DNA from: Tubulanus polymorphus
Taxonomy: Eukaryota; Animalia; Nemertea
DNA length: 64,000 bases
Reading direction: 5' to 3'
Assembly: GCF_964204645.1 (NCBI RefSeq)
Contig: NC_134026.1
Span: forward strand, 13,886,050 to 13,950,049
Under the pieces are notes generated by a model. That model did not search any database. It saw only the letters and a list, made by a program, of their open reading frames with translations, and had not been told where the DNA came from. Below, in pieces: positions 12,241 through 24,539 of this stretch (position 1 is its first letter; the number at the start of each line of letters is the position of its first letter). The position numbers and the translations under genes were made by a program.

Positions 12241-12951
12241 TACAACTCAAACAAATGCGTATAATGTGTCGGGTAAATCAACTTAGTTGAGAAATCTTTG
12301 AATGAATGCGCAGGCGTCATGACATTGTGAATTTTAGTTTGGTTTCGCGCTTTTGGGATCAGGTCCAGTAGAAAATTAATATTTACATGAACTTTGATGA
12401 CGCCAGTTTCGCTAGTTTATTCGTTCGTGCTACAGGCTAAGCTACGAGTAATCGAGGTGATTTCCAGGCAATCATCTGATTATTCGTAGTCAAATGTTTT
12501 TGAGTTACTACTATCGGCAAAAGCTATTTAGGATTATAAAGTTATGCCCAAACAATAGTTAACTTCCATCGGATTACAGAACAGTCAGTTTGAGGTAAGT
12601 TGATGTAGTTTTAAGGGGTGTAATAGACGCTCATAGCCTCATATCTCAAAATGAGGGACTACGTCATGAAGGTAAAAATAATCTCGACCCTACAAAATTC
12701 ACAATCTAAAGTAATGTCTAAAGTGAGCACGCTTACAACAAATTTAAGAGGTCCACTGTGGCTACCATATTGGAAAGGCGAGAAAGCTGATTTTCTAGAG
12801 GTTCTATCCACGGACCCCATCACATACACTGAGTTTGAAAGCAATCGCACATTACTTGATATATGTGGAGCTCAAACAAGAAATTCAAAATGACAGCCAT
12901 AGCTTCAGATATATTGGAGGCTTCGAAAAAACATATCATTTAAGAATATCA

Positions 12952-13122
<171 letters not shown>

Positions 13123-13289
13123 CTAAAATGTACAAACCCAAATTTCAAAATTTATATATATATATATACACATACATATATAGCATTTATATAGCACTTG
13201 AATACATGTAAAGTAGTAGATTGCCAATAAAGCACAATCATCAATATTATTATAACTTAATAACTGATGGAATCTCAAACAATGAATCC

Positions 13290-13708
13290 CTTCAGGTCAC
13301 ATGTATGTAAAATGTCAGAAAACCCGTTATTGCTGCTTTACAGCTATACTTTACAGCTATACAACTTTGCAATTGATTGTGGTAACAAAATATGCTTAGG
13401 TATCAATATAATGTGGAAAAACTTTTTCCCACCTGATGATACCAAGACGGCCGCCAATTGCGTCATTAAGTGCTGATTTTGATGAACAACAATGGCTGCC
13501 AGTCGGCCATCTTGATTCTGACAGGGCCAGTGTTTCGGCTGAAGATGTGTCTAGGGTAGATACATACATAAACCAAAAATCAAGACTTAACTTGAAGACT
13601 CTTCAAAACTTCCCATAATAACTGGTTTCCGTCTACGGACGGACGGACGGACGAAAATTAAAGTGGACACAAAAGCCCACTGGGACTAAAGTCCCAAGTG
13701 AGCTAAAA
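13290..13708 (-). mobile_element. HINE family A, internally deleted copy
   Basis: Matches 1-570 and 34900-35060; (GGAC)n and CTGGGACTAAAGTCCCAAGTGAGCTAAAA terminus. Confidence 0.7.
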
Positions 13709-14075
13709 AATTGGATTTCAATTTGACCTGATTCTGTCCTCGCAAGCGCAGAAGGCGCGAAGTGATGCTTTTCACCGATGGTGCAAAGCCATTACGGGGG
13801 GTTTGGGGGTCCTGCCCAAAGAAAATTTTTTGAAATTTGGGGCAATTTCCAGGCATCTTTTCTCAGGACCAGAATCTAGCAACCAAATTAATATCAGTTT
13901 GATGTGGAAGCCACGTTTGATTTATAACAAATATATCAAAGATTCTGATTGGTGGTTGAAATCTTCGAACAATTGATAGCGGGTTCAGTTTTTTCAGTGT
14001 AAATATTTTTCAGTGTATAAACTCCATCGTACTCGGCATTACAGGGACATCGAGGAATTGAATTTTAGGCTCCTG

Positions 14076-15002
14076 GGGCCAGTTGCACAGTCGTGACTTA
14101 AGTCGAAAAGTTGTCTTAAAGGCCGAGGAGTATGGATGCTAGTTAACCGGGTGGCAAACACTTGAGACCGGCCGTCCCACTAACTACAGTATCTTGTTTA
14201 TAATGTTTAGAGTGAGCGAGGTTGGCTCACAACAAAAAAGCAGGTCACACACAGTTAAATTTGACAAATTCAAAGTTTTCATATCAAGTTCTAAACTAAT
14301 TTTAAGTAATCTAGTCATAGTGGGAATGAAAATCTGATGCTAGCGATCTTTTTTTGAAGAGATAGGGCCAAGATTAAAGATTTTAGAGACATTTCAAATT
14401 TTTTGAAAATCATTAATTTTTATCCGATTTCCATGAAATTTGGACACAACATTGATAGTAGATAGCTAAACAAGTGTACGAAATTTCAGACTGATCCATT
14501 GACCATAGAAAAAGTTTTGATGTTGCCAAATTTTGGTACTATGAATGAGGCTATGTTTTGTTTATGTATATTGATGACTATAGGTATCAAATTACTGTTC
14601 ATGTGCTCTGTGAGCTACACTAATTCACTGTATAACTCCTCCCTCTGTCATTCAAAGATTCAAGTTTTGAAGGAAATACCAACTAAAAAGCTTAATTTCT
14701 CATAGAGGAGGGCCTAAAACACATTTTTGACTGCAGAAATGAATATATTACACATTAATACATATGTCTGACAAAAAGGAGGGTCCAAATCGGATAACTG
14801 ACAGAGATTTCCAGTTCCAACCGTTGGAGCTCTCCACTGCACTATTGCTTCATGGGTACTGCCATCTTTGACATTGATTGGGCTTTTATACTGCTCCTCG
14901 GCCTTTAAATCTTAAGACTGGTCTTAAGTTGTTAGATTGGCTATAGAACTAAGTTGGTCTTAGACTGGTCTTAAATCTAAGTCATGACTATGCAACCGGC
15001 CC
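14076..15002. mobile_element. Harbinger-like MITE with CTG TSD
   Basis: TIR GGGCCAGTTGCACAGTCGTGACTTA / TAAGTCATGACTATGCAACCGGCCC, flanked by CTG/CTG. Confidence 0.75.
14120..14904. mobile_element. Kolobok-like non-autonomous element nested in the previous MITE
   Basis: TTAA|AGGCCGAGGAG ... CTCCTCGGCCT|TTAA (RR..YY termini, TTAA TSD). Confidence 0.75.
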
Positions 15003-15580
15003 CTGAGCCCTCAACTTGATTCGAGCAAAAGACCTTAACTGACTTCGCAGAATTTGATTATGAGTCTACTAATAGGATTTTCTAAACCGCTGAATGCTTT
15101 CTGCTCTGGTTTTAAGATCAATTCAAATTCAATCTTGAATACATAAAAATGAATGTCACATAAATTTTCATTTTATTGAAAGAAATTCTACTGAACACAG
15201 ATTTTGAAATGTATTATGTGTTTGTTGATTTATCCAGGCGAAATAATTTACAGCAAAATCAACTGACGATCAACAAGGTGAAGTTTTCATTTATCTTCGG
15301 ATAATTTGTCTACCCCTGATGATACAAGCATTTTGGCTACACCTTTTGAAACCTCAACGCTTTATCTACTCGCACCAATAAGCCAGTCACAGTCGATTCA
15401 TGCCCTTTGATCTCTTTCAACCTGTAATTAAGCAATCAAATGTAAGAATTACTCAGTTATGTAATATAATAGAGGAGTGAAAGAAAGTATAAACGATATC
15501 TTAGGAGACCAATTTTATTGTGTGTTTGTCGTGAAAAATCTATCACTACTGTCTTGCAGAGCATTGACACCGACCGTTAA

Positions 15581-16505
15581 AGGGCAAATGCCATCATAAT
15601 TGTACTTTCCGCGATTTCTTAATCAGAAGAAACTTAAGTATACATATAACGACCTGAGATGTGACTTATTGAAAAAAGGAGCACGAATCAGCTGTAATAG
15701 TTAGCGGAATAGTCATCTATTTATCCTTCACTCCGTGCGTATAGTTCATATTCAACCCACGGGTGGCACTATTTATGATGTTAACTATGACAATCAACAC
15801 AGGCACGTGTGCGGGCCAGTAAGCGAAGCCTGAAATTCAAACCACTCCCGGATTTGATATTTGTGAATACCATAAAAACCGGCGTATAAGTCTACGCGGC
15901 GTATAAGTCGAGGTCGATTTTTAGACCTACATTTTATGATTTTTAACATATATCCGGCTTATAAATGGAGTCCCTTCTCTTAGAAGAATAACTACTTGTA
16001 TCATTATATTGAATAGTTCGCCTTCTCACACGCCGCCGTGCGTCAGCCTGATTGCTGCCGTGTGTTAATCAATAGACACACACACACACACACACTTGGG
16101 TATAATCCACTACCATACAGTGAGACAGTAGTGTGAGTCACACGCTATATATAGCCTAATGTATTAAGCGCTGCTATGAGCGCGCATATATGAATACATC
16201 GTTTTAAATGAAGCTGTGTCAAAATGAAAGAAGTTTTTTTCATTAAATAACTTTATTTATCATGAATAATTATTCAAACTGTTATAGCAGTGAGAAGATG
16301 AACACTGTCTTTTTTGTCTGGTAGAATCAATATTTCTTGTGACCTGAAAATACTTAGTAGAAAACTGTACTCGGCGTATAAGTCGAGGTCAATAATTTAG
16401 TGGTAAAATCAAGGATTAAAAACTCGACTTATACACCGGTTTTTACGGTACATCACAATTGAAAATGAATTTTACACAATATTCAATTTTGATGGCATAT
16501 GCTCT
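15581..16505. mobile_element. Kolobok-like non-autonomous element
   Basis: TTAA|AGGGCAAATGCCATCATAATTG ... CAATTTTGATGGCATATGCTCT|TTAA. An inverted end fragment of the same family is at 52440-52493. Confidence 0.7.
15870..16448. mobile_element. Tc2/pogo-like (Tc1-mariner superfamily) MITE, nested
   Basis: TA|CCATAAAAACCGGCGTATAAGTC ... GACTTATACACCGGTTTTTACGG|TA, with internal repeats of GGCGTATAAGTCGAGGTC. Confidence 0.8.
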
Positions 16506-16517
16506 TTAAGCCATGTG

Positions 16518-17068
16518 CAGGGGCGGATCTAGATGGGAGCATGTGGAGCACGTGCTCCGGTCGCAAATTCTGAGTGCCCTTTTTGAAAAAAGTGCGAAAA
16601 TTTTTTTTTTACCGCGATTTCCACCCACAAAACTTAAGTCCGCAGTCCGTTATTTACATCCGCGTTTTAGTGTGAACCCGGAAATAAACTACATCCGGTA
16701 CGATAACTTCCGCGAATTTCGCAGTTGTTCTAACGTCGTGAACGTGGTTTTTAAGATTTTCAATAAGATTTGACGGCCCCAGATTTGAAGGCATCATGCC
16801 TAAACGAAAACATCGACTTCAGGAGATACAGACATTGTTTCCATATTAATAAATTCCCATCTCTTAAAGAAATATTGCAGGATGTCATTTTTGAGTTTCA
16901 GGTGCCTGGAAATTGCATTAAAATGGGTTGAAATTCACAAATTTTCTGGTACCCCAGACCCCCCCGAACGTTTCGCCGCTCGCCTGTCATGGATAGAACC
17001 TGTTCTTATGAATTGCCCTTTTTTTAATTCTGTGCTCCTGTCATTGTCTGCCTTTAGATCCGCCCCTG
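16518..17068. mobile_element. MITE with 14-bp TIR and 5-bp TSD (hAT-like CAG termini)
   Basis: ATGTG|CAGGGGCGGATCTA ... TAGATCCGCCCCTG|ATGTG. Confidence 0.75.
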
Positions 17069-18589
17069 ATGTGGAATATTAAGGGTTATTCAGTTTACTC
17101 CAAAACAAGTCTCTGATAAACATTAAAAAGTTTCGTGTCGTAGGACTCTTGATGACTCTTGAATTATCATCCCATAATAACAATGAATCCAATTCTGCAT
17201 GTACGTTAGCACGACTGATTACTAATCCAAATATTTTAAACATGGCATAAGAAAAAAAAAATTACACAAAACGTCAAGTACTTACAACACCTGAGACAGC
17301 TGCACATAAGTTGCGACTTTGACTCCCAATGACAAAAAAGCTTGGTTTCAAATGAACACTTGCACACTGTGGTTAAAATACATTCCCCCCAGCTGCAAGA
17401 ATCCGCAAAGGAATTGAAGACCGTAGTGACCAGTTCATTCCACGATTAATAGCTGGAAAGAAAGTAATCGAAATAAATAGTCGTATACATCAGTGTAATC
17501 CAGCCCCTTACTAACTACTTAGGCTTTCCACTGGCTCTACACACTACATTTAGTAAGGGCCTAAATCTATTCTAGGCGTATCCCCCAAAAAAGCTAGGCA
17601 TTAAGTAGGTACCGGTAGCCAACAATCATTGCTTCGCCGAGTACTCATTTGCTACCATATGTACACATATCATAGCACCACCCAGTGGAAAGGTGACGTT
17701 AACTGCAGTTAGAAGTTAGGGAAATCATGTCTAACATTCCCTGGTTAATGGATTCTCACCTTAAATTACATAAACTCTGCTGTCGTTGTCATCGATCCGA
17801 GTCGTCAAGTGAACACGGAAGTAAAATTCCATATGAAAATCCCTACCATTTCTGTCCATATTACGCTGATTTGAGCCAAAAATCTTCAGGAAATGTAGCC
17901 AATGTAAATTGATTTACGAATAAAATTAATCAATTGACTCATTTTAGGGATCATAGTTCATTGAAGTCCTTAAACTCGCCATAGTTTTGCGATAAATTTA
18001 AGCTGAAAATGATTTCAACCATCCACTATAATGGTTGTATATTGTTCGCGGAAAATGAAGGATCCGGACTAATTGTTAGTCTGAATCCGTGATTCACGGT
18101 TGAGTTTGACGGTCGCGGTTGTTCGGTAATTTGTAGGCTTTTTGGGATGGTCTTTTATCAATGGATGACAATGCTTTGCGTTATTCTTGCGCCGTTTAGA
18201 CCCGGTAATTATACAGGTTTAATTTAGTATGTTCTACTATACACAAATTCGAAATGGTCAGATGCTGAGTTATATTTCTCTCAGAATTGAAAATTACGTT
18301 TATAAGCTGTTAGTAGTCGAATCTGAGAGGAGATAGATTTTATGAAAAACATTTGTCTGGAAAGTGGAAAAAGGCAATAATCACGAGAATTACAAGACAG
18401 CTTCTGCGAAGCAGCAGAAACCCTAAATAAAAACCCATTGCAAGAGACAGGCCTGTAGGGGGGGGGGGGGGTTCGGACCCCACAGAGTTCATTTTGTCCG
18501 AAAAAATGTCATAATTTTTTTTTCGTACATAAATACACAGTACGGCATTCAGTATCCTAGTTTGATGAAGTGTCTTGCACTGTACTACT

Positions 18590-20480
18590 GATGAATATTT
18601 CAAACATCATTCACAATGAAATTCCCAAAAAAGTCATTATAAATGATTACTACAGACATTTATTAAAATCATGGACAGTTTTTCAACAACATCTAGTTAC
18701 AACTGAGACCATTACCGAAATTCTGCAAAAACCATTTTTTTGGCAACCCAAAAATTAAGCTCAACAAAACAACCAATTTCACAGAATACATACATCACGG
18801 TATAATCAGTCTACAACATCTATTCGATAATCGTGGCAACTACAAAGCATTTAACGAAACTCCATTAACAAATGAATTTAAACACAAACGTATATACAAT
18901 GCGATACCGCATCATTGGAAACTAATTCTATCTGACCAAAATTTAGATCCTGATGAATAACCAAAACTTCTACGTGCAATTTGGTAATATAGTGTACTAT
19001 AGGAAAACTTTTATCATCTCAAATTTATGGAATTCTATTATTAAAAAATCTCCATCAAATCCCACCGAGGGCAAACCAAAATTACTGAAATGTTAAATAC
19101 TGATCTGAACTGGCCGGAAATTTGGAATGAAGTTTATAATAAACATATTGATAGACGATTTAGTGATATTCATTGGAAATTACTTCATAATACTCTTGCA
19201 ACAGCTTCAAAACTAGTACTTTGGAAAATGAAAACTGATCCAAATTGGAAAATTTGTGGACGCGTGGCAACGAATGACAATGTAGTATACTCATGCACAG
19301 ACGCACAGCAATTATATTCATCTATACAACCAATCTTTCAACGCATACTAAGCACACCTATAAATATCACTCAAGACATTGTCTACACAAGAATTACTAA
19401 AACAATAGAAAGAGATTTCTTCAAACGCACACTCGCGAACTACCTTTTGTTTCTCGCACAATCCATTTTGTACAAAAATCATTACAATCTAGAACAAGGC
19501 TCTGGCCGCATCAACACTATAATTTATTTCAAAAACTCACTAAAAGAACGCCTACACCAAGAAATCATGCTTCAACAAAACCTTCATATTTGGAGTCTTA
19601 ACAATATACTTATACACCTGGACGCAAGCGGACGGAACGTAGTAAACAGAATCACAATCGACACCATTAGCGTAGTCTATTAATTAAACCCAACGCCACT
19701 TTTTTTTACTACTTACACCTACATATCCCGACTTTGACACTTGAGGTATGTTGTGATTTAGATCGAACAGGAATGACGGTCTATCAATACGCATAGAACT
19801 GTCTGACCACTTTTGCTCTATATCATCACATACGCATTAGTTTACTGTTTCAGATGTTTTGACTGTAAACTCAGTCTCATTGCTGCGATAGCTGGAACAC
19901 TGCCTCCGTTTTTGGCCTTAGGATAGATAGCAAGCTCAGTCTATCTACGCGCAATGGTGACTGGAAAGTTGCCTCTTGACATCAGTCTCATTAAAAACGA
20001 CCAAAAACCTAATCGTGACAATATAAATAAAACCAGATCAAGACTGTATATATGTAAGTGTACAAACATGTATTCAATATTCACGTGTCTGCGCTGCATT
20101 CTTACTGACGGTCTATCAATGCGCATAGCTCTGTCCGTTTGATTGCGATACATTCCCGGACCTAACTATGCACTGTATATTAGAAACACATAACTGCTCC
20201 CATTGTAAAACTTTTACTTTTAGGCAAATTCAGCACCAGATGTGAAGTACCAACTGCGCACCCCTTGACGGAGAAACCCATCCTCATCGGAGCTGCACCG
20301 TCGATGTCATACAACTACACTTCGGATACCCCAAGGCTATACTCCCATCTGGAAGATTTGCGTTTCGAAATGTGCTTTCTTCCTATCTAGTCAACTTAGA
20401 GGACTTCTACATCAACATCTACCCAAGAAAAAATGACAATAAACTACCGGACTATTTACACGTAGAAAAAGACCAAAAAA
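18590..20480 (+). mobile_element. 5'-truncated Tx1/L1-clade LINE (ORF2 C-terminus with zf-RVT region, plus 3' region)
   Basis: YYRHLLKSW..EILQKPFF; YNAIPHHWK; WPEIW..IHWKLLHNTLAT..WKICG..VVYSC (degenerate CCHC); stop at 19683; AATAAA and A-rich end near 20438-20490. Confidence 0.75.
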
Positions 20481-20879
20481 ATATAAAAATGGACAAAATG
20501 ATCTTAAACCTTGTAATATAGCTATTTTCCAGAATCTCAATGTATTAAATTAGGCAGCCAGAAAAATTCATCCCAATTAGTCGCTTGCCGGTTCAGACTG
20601 AATGGAAGATTGTTTGGATGAACCGGAACCGAATTTCCAATTATATACTCCGATTTAAAAAAATATTCTGTTAACTCGACCGCCGATCACACATCTATAT
20701 CTGTACTCCGATTTCAAAATCAAACCCCCTGTTTCGCTCCCGGCAGGTGTGGTGGGTCTGTAAGGGACACTCAATCGAAAAATCAAACAAAATTTACCAA
20801 CCAAATTAATATATAACGGGGACAATCCCTATTTTAAGATCAAAAACAGGAACTTATCCAGATTTTACAAAACTACGGT

Positions 20880-21645
20880 TATTAGGTGATCACCAACATA
20901 ATCAACGTGTTATTGAGTCTGGTTAAGGTGAATTACTTCTTTCTTGAAGGCCAACAACAACTTTTAACACAACAGAGTATGGCCCATGTACAGAATGCTT
21001 CGATTGGGGTTTCATAAAAAATATGAGACGCCATTACAAGACGTTGTAAGGAACGAAAAGGAAAATATGTCCCGGCAAAACGCGAGTTGAATATAGCTTC
21101 CAAAATAATGGCTGGGCATATAACCTCACAACCAAGGGAATTAATGAGAAAGGAGGTGTTTTCTATTAGGACATGTGATGAGATTTCAGATGTTGCTCAA
21201 AATGATGCCATGATAATTGCACTGGGCCAATCTTGGTTGGAATGATCATTAGACAACGTGACTAAAAGAAAATACTACATCAGTGGCAGAATGATACTAC
21301 TAGCAGCGAGACTCCTTTTGGCCTTAAGACGATTAGTTCCGAATAATGAAAATGCATCCATGTGGGACTTCTTTACGCCACTTCACTATGATGACATAGT
21401 TCAAACTGTACTTGAATGTTGCCTCCCCTATATCAATGATATAGAGGAACTAAAAAGCCCCTCTAATGCACTAAACTTAAATTTGATCTGAAAAGGATGA
21501 TTGAAGCAAAATATGCTACAATGAAGAAGCAATGCCCTAGAAATCTGGAAATGCTCCAAATAGCAGATGATTATATGGTCTTCATTGAAATTATGGGCAT
21601 TGAATGGGCCACAAAGGTAACAAAGTTTGCAAGGACTGTAATGTG
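20880..21645 (+). pseudogene. Decayed fragment of a TE-associated protein family (region that I recall preceding a tyrosine recombinase domain in full-length relatives)
   Basis: Stitched translation: GDHQHNQRVIESG*GELLL..YGPCTECFDW..RRHY..DEISDVAQNDAMIIALG..YYISGRM..ARLLLALR..DFFTPLHYDDIVQ..SPSNAL..EWATKV. Family recalled from motif pattern only. Confidence 0.5.
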
Positions 21646-22039
21646 TAGGATGTGTCAATTCATAGAATTATCGGTCCAAAAAATACCAGCTTAAATCGCT
21701 TCATAATGAAACGTCCACAGACAGACATGACGAAACCCATCAATAATAATCACAAGGAATACAATAGGGTTTACCGATGAATGGTCAGAAACCCTAAAAT
21801 TACGAAAATATAAACAGTTTCCTGCAAAGCAGCATCTCAGCATTGTTTCATCCTTAAAATTATTCTTTTTAGTAGGCTTTCAAGCAATTTTGTAAGACCA
21901 ATTACTTTTCGAGTTAGAATAGATATGATAATCCTTACTGTGGGTAAATGAAAGATAACTTTGCCCAACCTCGCTTATTTTTTTCTGTTCTTACAGATAT
22001 GAATGATATAATTTCGGAAGAGTATCCAGATAGTTAAAC

Positions 22040-22445
22040 AATAACATCATGTAAAAATTGTGCATCAAATTTTTCTTTAAAAAACAACTTTTCAATCGTT
22101 GATTCTGGAAAAAATGACTTCGAAATCACCATCAAAGAGGCATTATATATAAAATCCAAAAAACCAAGTATTAACAAACAACTCTCCACACATGGTGTCT
22201 CATTTTTACTGAACGTATTTTGATATGTTTATAATCCATTTGTACTTTGTAAACTAGGCCACTTCACGCCTGCATGATATTCTCTGTAATTAGTATCAAT
22301 ATACTATACATAGTTTGTATCATTTCATGTCATTTCTTGAAAAGGACTCGAAGAGATGAGTCGAAATCGATCGAAACGTTTGAACATGTAAATAAACTCA
22401 TTATCATCATGAAGATTGTGATAGTTGCGTTCTTATTATTATTTA
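22040..22445 (+). mobile_element. Penelope-like element 3' end (GIY-YIG endonuclease C-terminus plus pLTR)
   Basis: ITSCKNCASNFSLKNNFSIVDSGKNDFEITIKEALYIKSKKPSINKQL..F* (stop near 22223), then a hammerhead-like motif and AATAAA. Confidence 0.8.
22336..22378 (+). ncRNA. Hammerhead-ribozyme-like motif (non-canonical core) in the Penelope pLTR
   Basis: CTTGAAAAG-GACTC-GAAGAGAT-GAGTC-GAAA: stem II followed by GAAA, at the position typical for Penelope-like elements. The first box deviates from CTGANGA. Confidence 0.45.
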
Positions 22446-24539
22446 GATATGAATGAATTGAGGATATGAATGAATTGAGATCTGTTAAAAGTGAACTAAA
22501 GTTAACTGATGATTATCAATAGCACCTAGCTTTTTTTGATATTTTGTTACCTGAATAGTTTTCCCATTTTTTGCTTTTACGACGTCACCCGGCTTAACAG
22601 CATTACCACCTGGCATGTTCTCACACAGAGGAATGTAACCTAGAACATTAAACGGAGACAGATTTAGATATTAGAAATACAAGTTGAAATACAAGTTGCT
22701 TCATCAGACATCACACTAGCAAGCTGTAAATAAGCGGCCGGTCACGGATATTGGCCGGCTCAAAACGCTTCGATGTCCGTTGCAAAATCGCTCCTGCCTG
22801 TCACGCTGACCGGCACGAAAATTTTCATGGTTCTAATAGTTTTAGCTTTTTTGAACCGATATGAAAATAAATAGCACCGTTTCCTATCACCGATCAATTA
22901 ATTCCGATGTTTATTGCGATAAATCGCGCCAATTGTCTTCTGATCAATTCCGTTGCTTATTGCGGTGAAATCGCGCTACCGTATTTTCCGGCCAATAAGC
23001 CGAGGGCAGTTTTTTAGCCTAAAATACATGGATTTCATAAAGCTTTGCCCAATAAGCCGAGGCCCTTCATCAGAGATTTTAATTCACTGATTTGTCAATT
23101 AGTTTGTCTTAATTGACGATTTAAGAGGCTGACAATAGTGCCCGCCGATGTGTGAGAGTGCTGTGTATACTATCATCGCCGAGTGACTGTGCTATATATA
23201 GACTCACTCAGCTGATTACTATACACACAGCCATACACGCAGTACGCGGCTCACTGCTTATTTGCATATATACTAATGTATGAACTGACACGTGGTAGTA
23301 CGATGAACTCGAGCGTTATATAAATGTATACCATTGCCGCTGTGCGGTGATGAAACAATCAAAGTAAAAATAAAACAGTTCAAAATAGATTATAATTGGT
23401 AGTAAATAACACACATGTAAATATATAAGAAACAAAATATTGTAATCAGTCAAAGTCAAGTGACACCCTGTAAGTTTAATCATGAATGTATTCTATCGCC
23501 TGTTGTTGGTTCCGGTTTCGTTTGCTGTTATTGGAGATTGATTTTATGGTATAGTTAGAAAGGTTCATCCTGATAGCTGTTAGAGATTTTATGGTATTGT
23601 GAAAGTAAATTTTAATGTTGAAGTCCCAATATAATAAAGGTTGTGTGCAATTCTTCATATGTTTTTAATGATAGTAATAAGGAAATTCTCTATAAAACAG
23701 TAGTACTTTGCTAAATGGCAGGCACCAACTCATTAATGTCAGGCAGCATTATAGTTGGTGCCTGACATGTGGCAGGCACTGGCAAAAAAATTATTTACAG
23801 GCTTGCACGAGGATATTCAGAGTATGTTCATTCTACATGTTCAGAAAAATTATTAACTTGCTAGACCAGCATGAATGCCAGCAGGGACCAGGGGTATTCC
23901 CCTCAAAACTTGAAACCACATCATATAAGGAAGTAAAAGGATAAATACTACAGTGCGCAATTTGACAAAGATTGGCCACATTAGATCAAGTAACCTAAAA
24001 TACTTTTTGTTTTGAACGATAGATAATGTTAGATAAATACACAAGAACATCTCTTCACATAAATTAGAGGGACTCAGAGTATCATTTGTTGACACTTATC
24101 TTAAACAAGAGCCTGTGCATTTTGTGAGTGATGCTATTTGTGGGTTGACGTGTCAAAATAAGTACATTCTGCTCCCATGTTATTTACCCAGTACAATCAT
24201 TTTTAAGTGACACGGCCAGGGGGATGAAAGAAACAATTACTTCAGGTCAATTTTTTTATTTGTCTCAATGATTTGGATACCTTATAAAATTGAATTGGAT
24301 TTGATGAGGTTTGGTTCAATAAAATATAATTGAATTGGATATATATTGCAGAATAAAATTTGATTGAATTTGTAATATAGGCACATGACGAATTAACGTA
24401 TATTAACGTATCAATTCAATTCTTAACCTTAAAGATATCCCTCACAAAAAATTCACACATGTTATTTATGTGAAAACCATGTGTGAAAGACACAAAAAAC
24501 ATGTGATCCCAACCATCACACATGTGATCTGTGTTGTGG

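Noticed and set aside
22977-23065. Tc2-like TIR TACCGTATTTTCCGGCCAATAAGCCG
   Set aside because: Only one end recognised.
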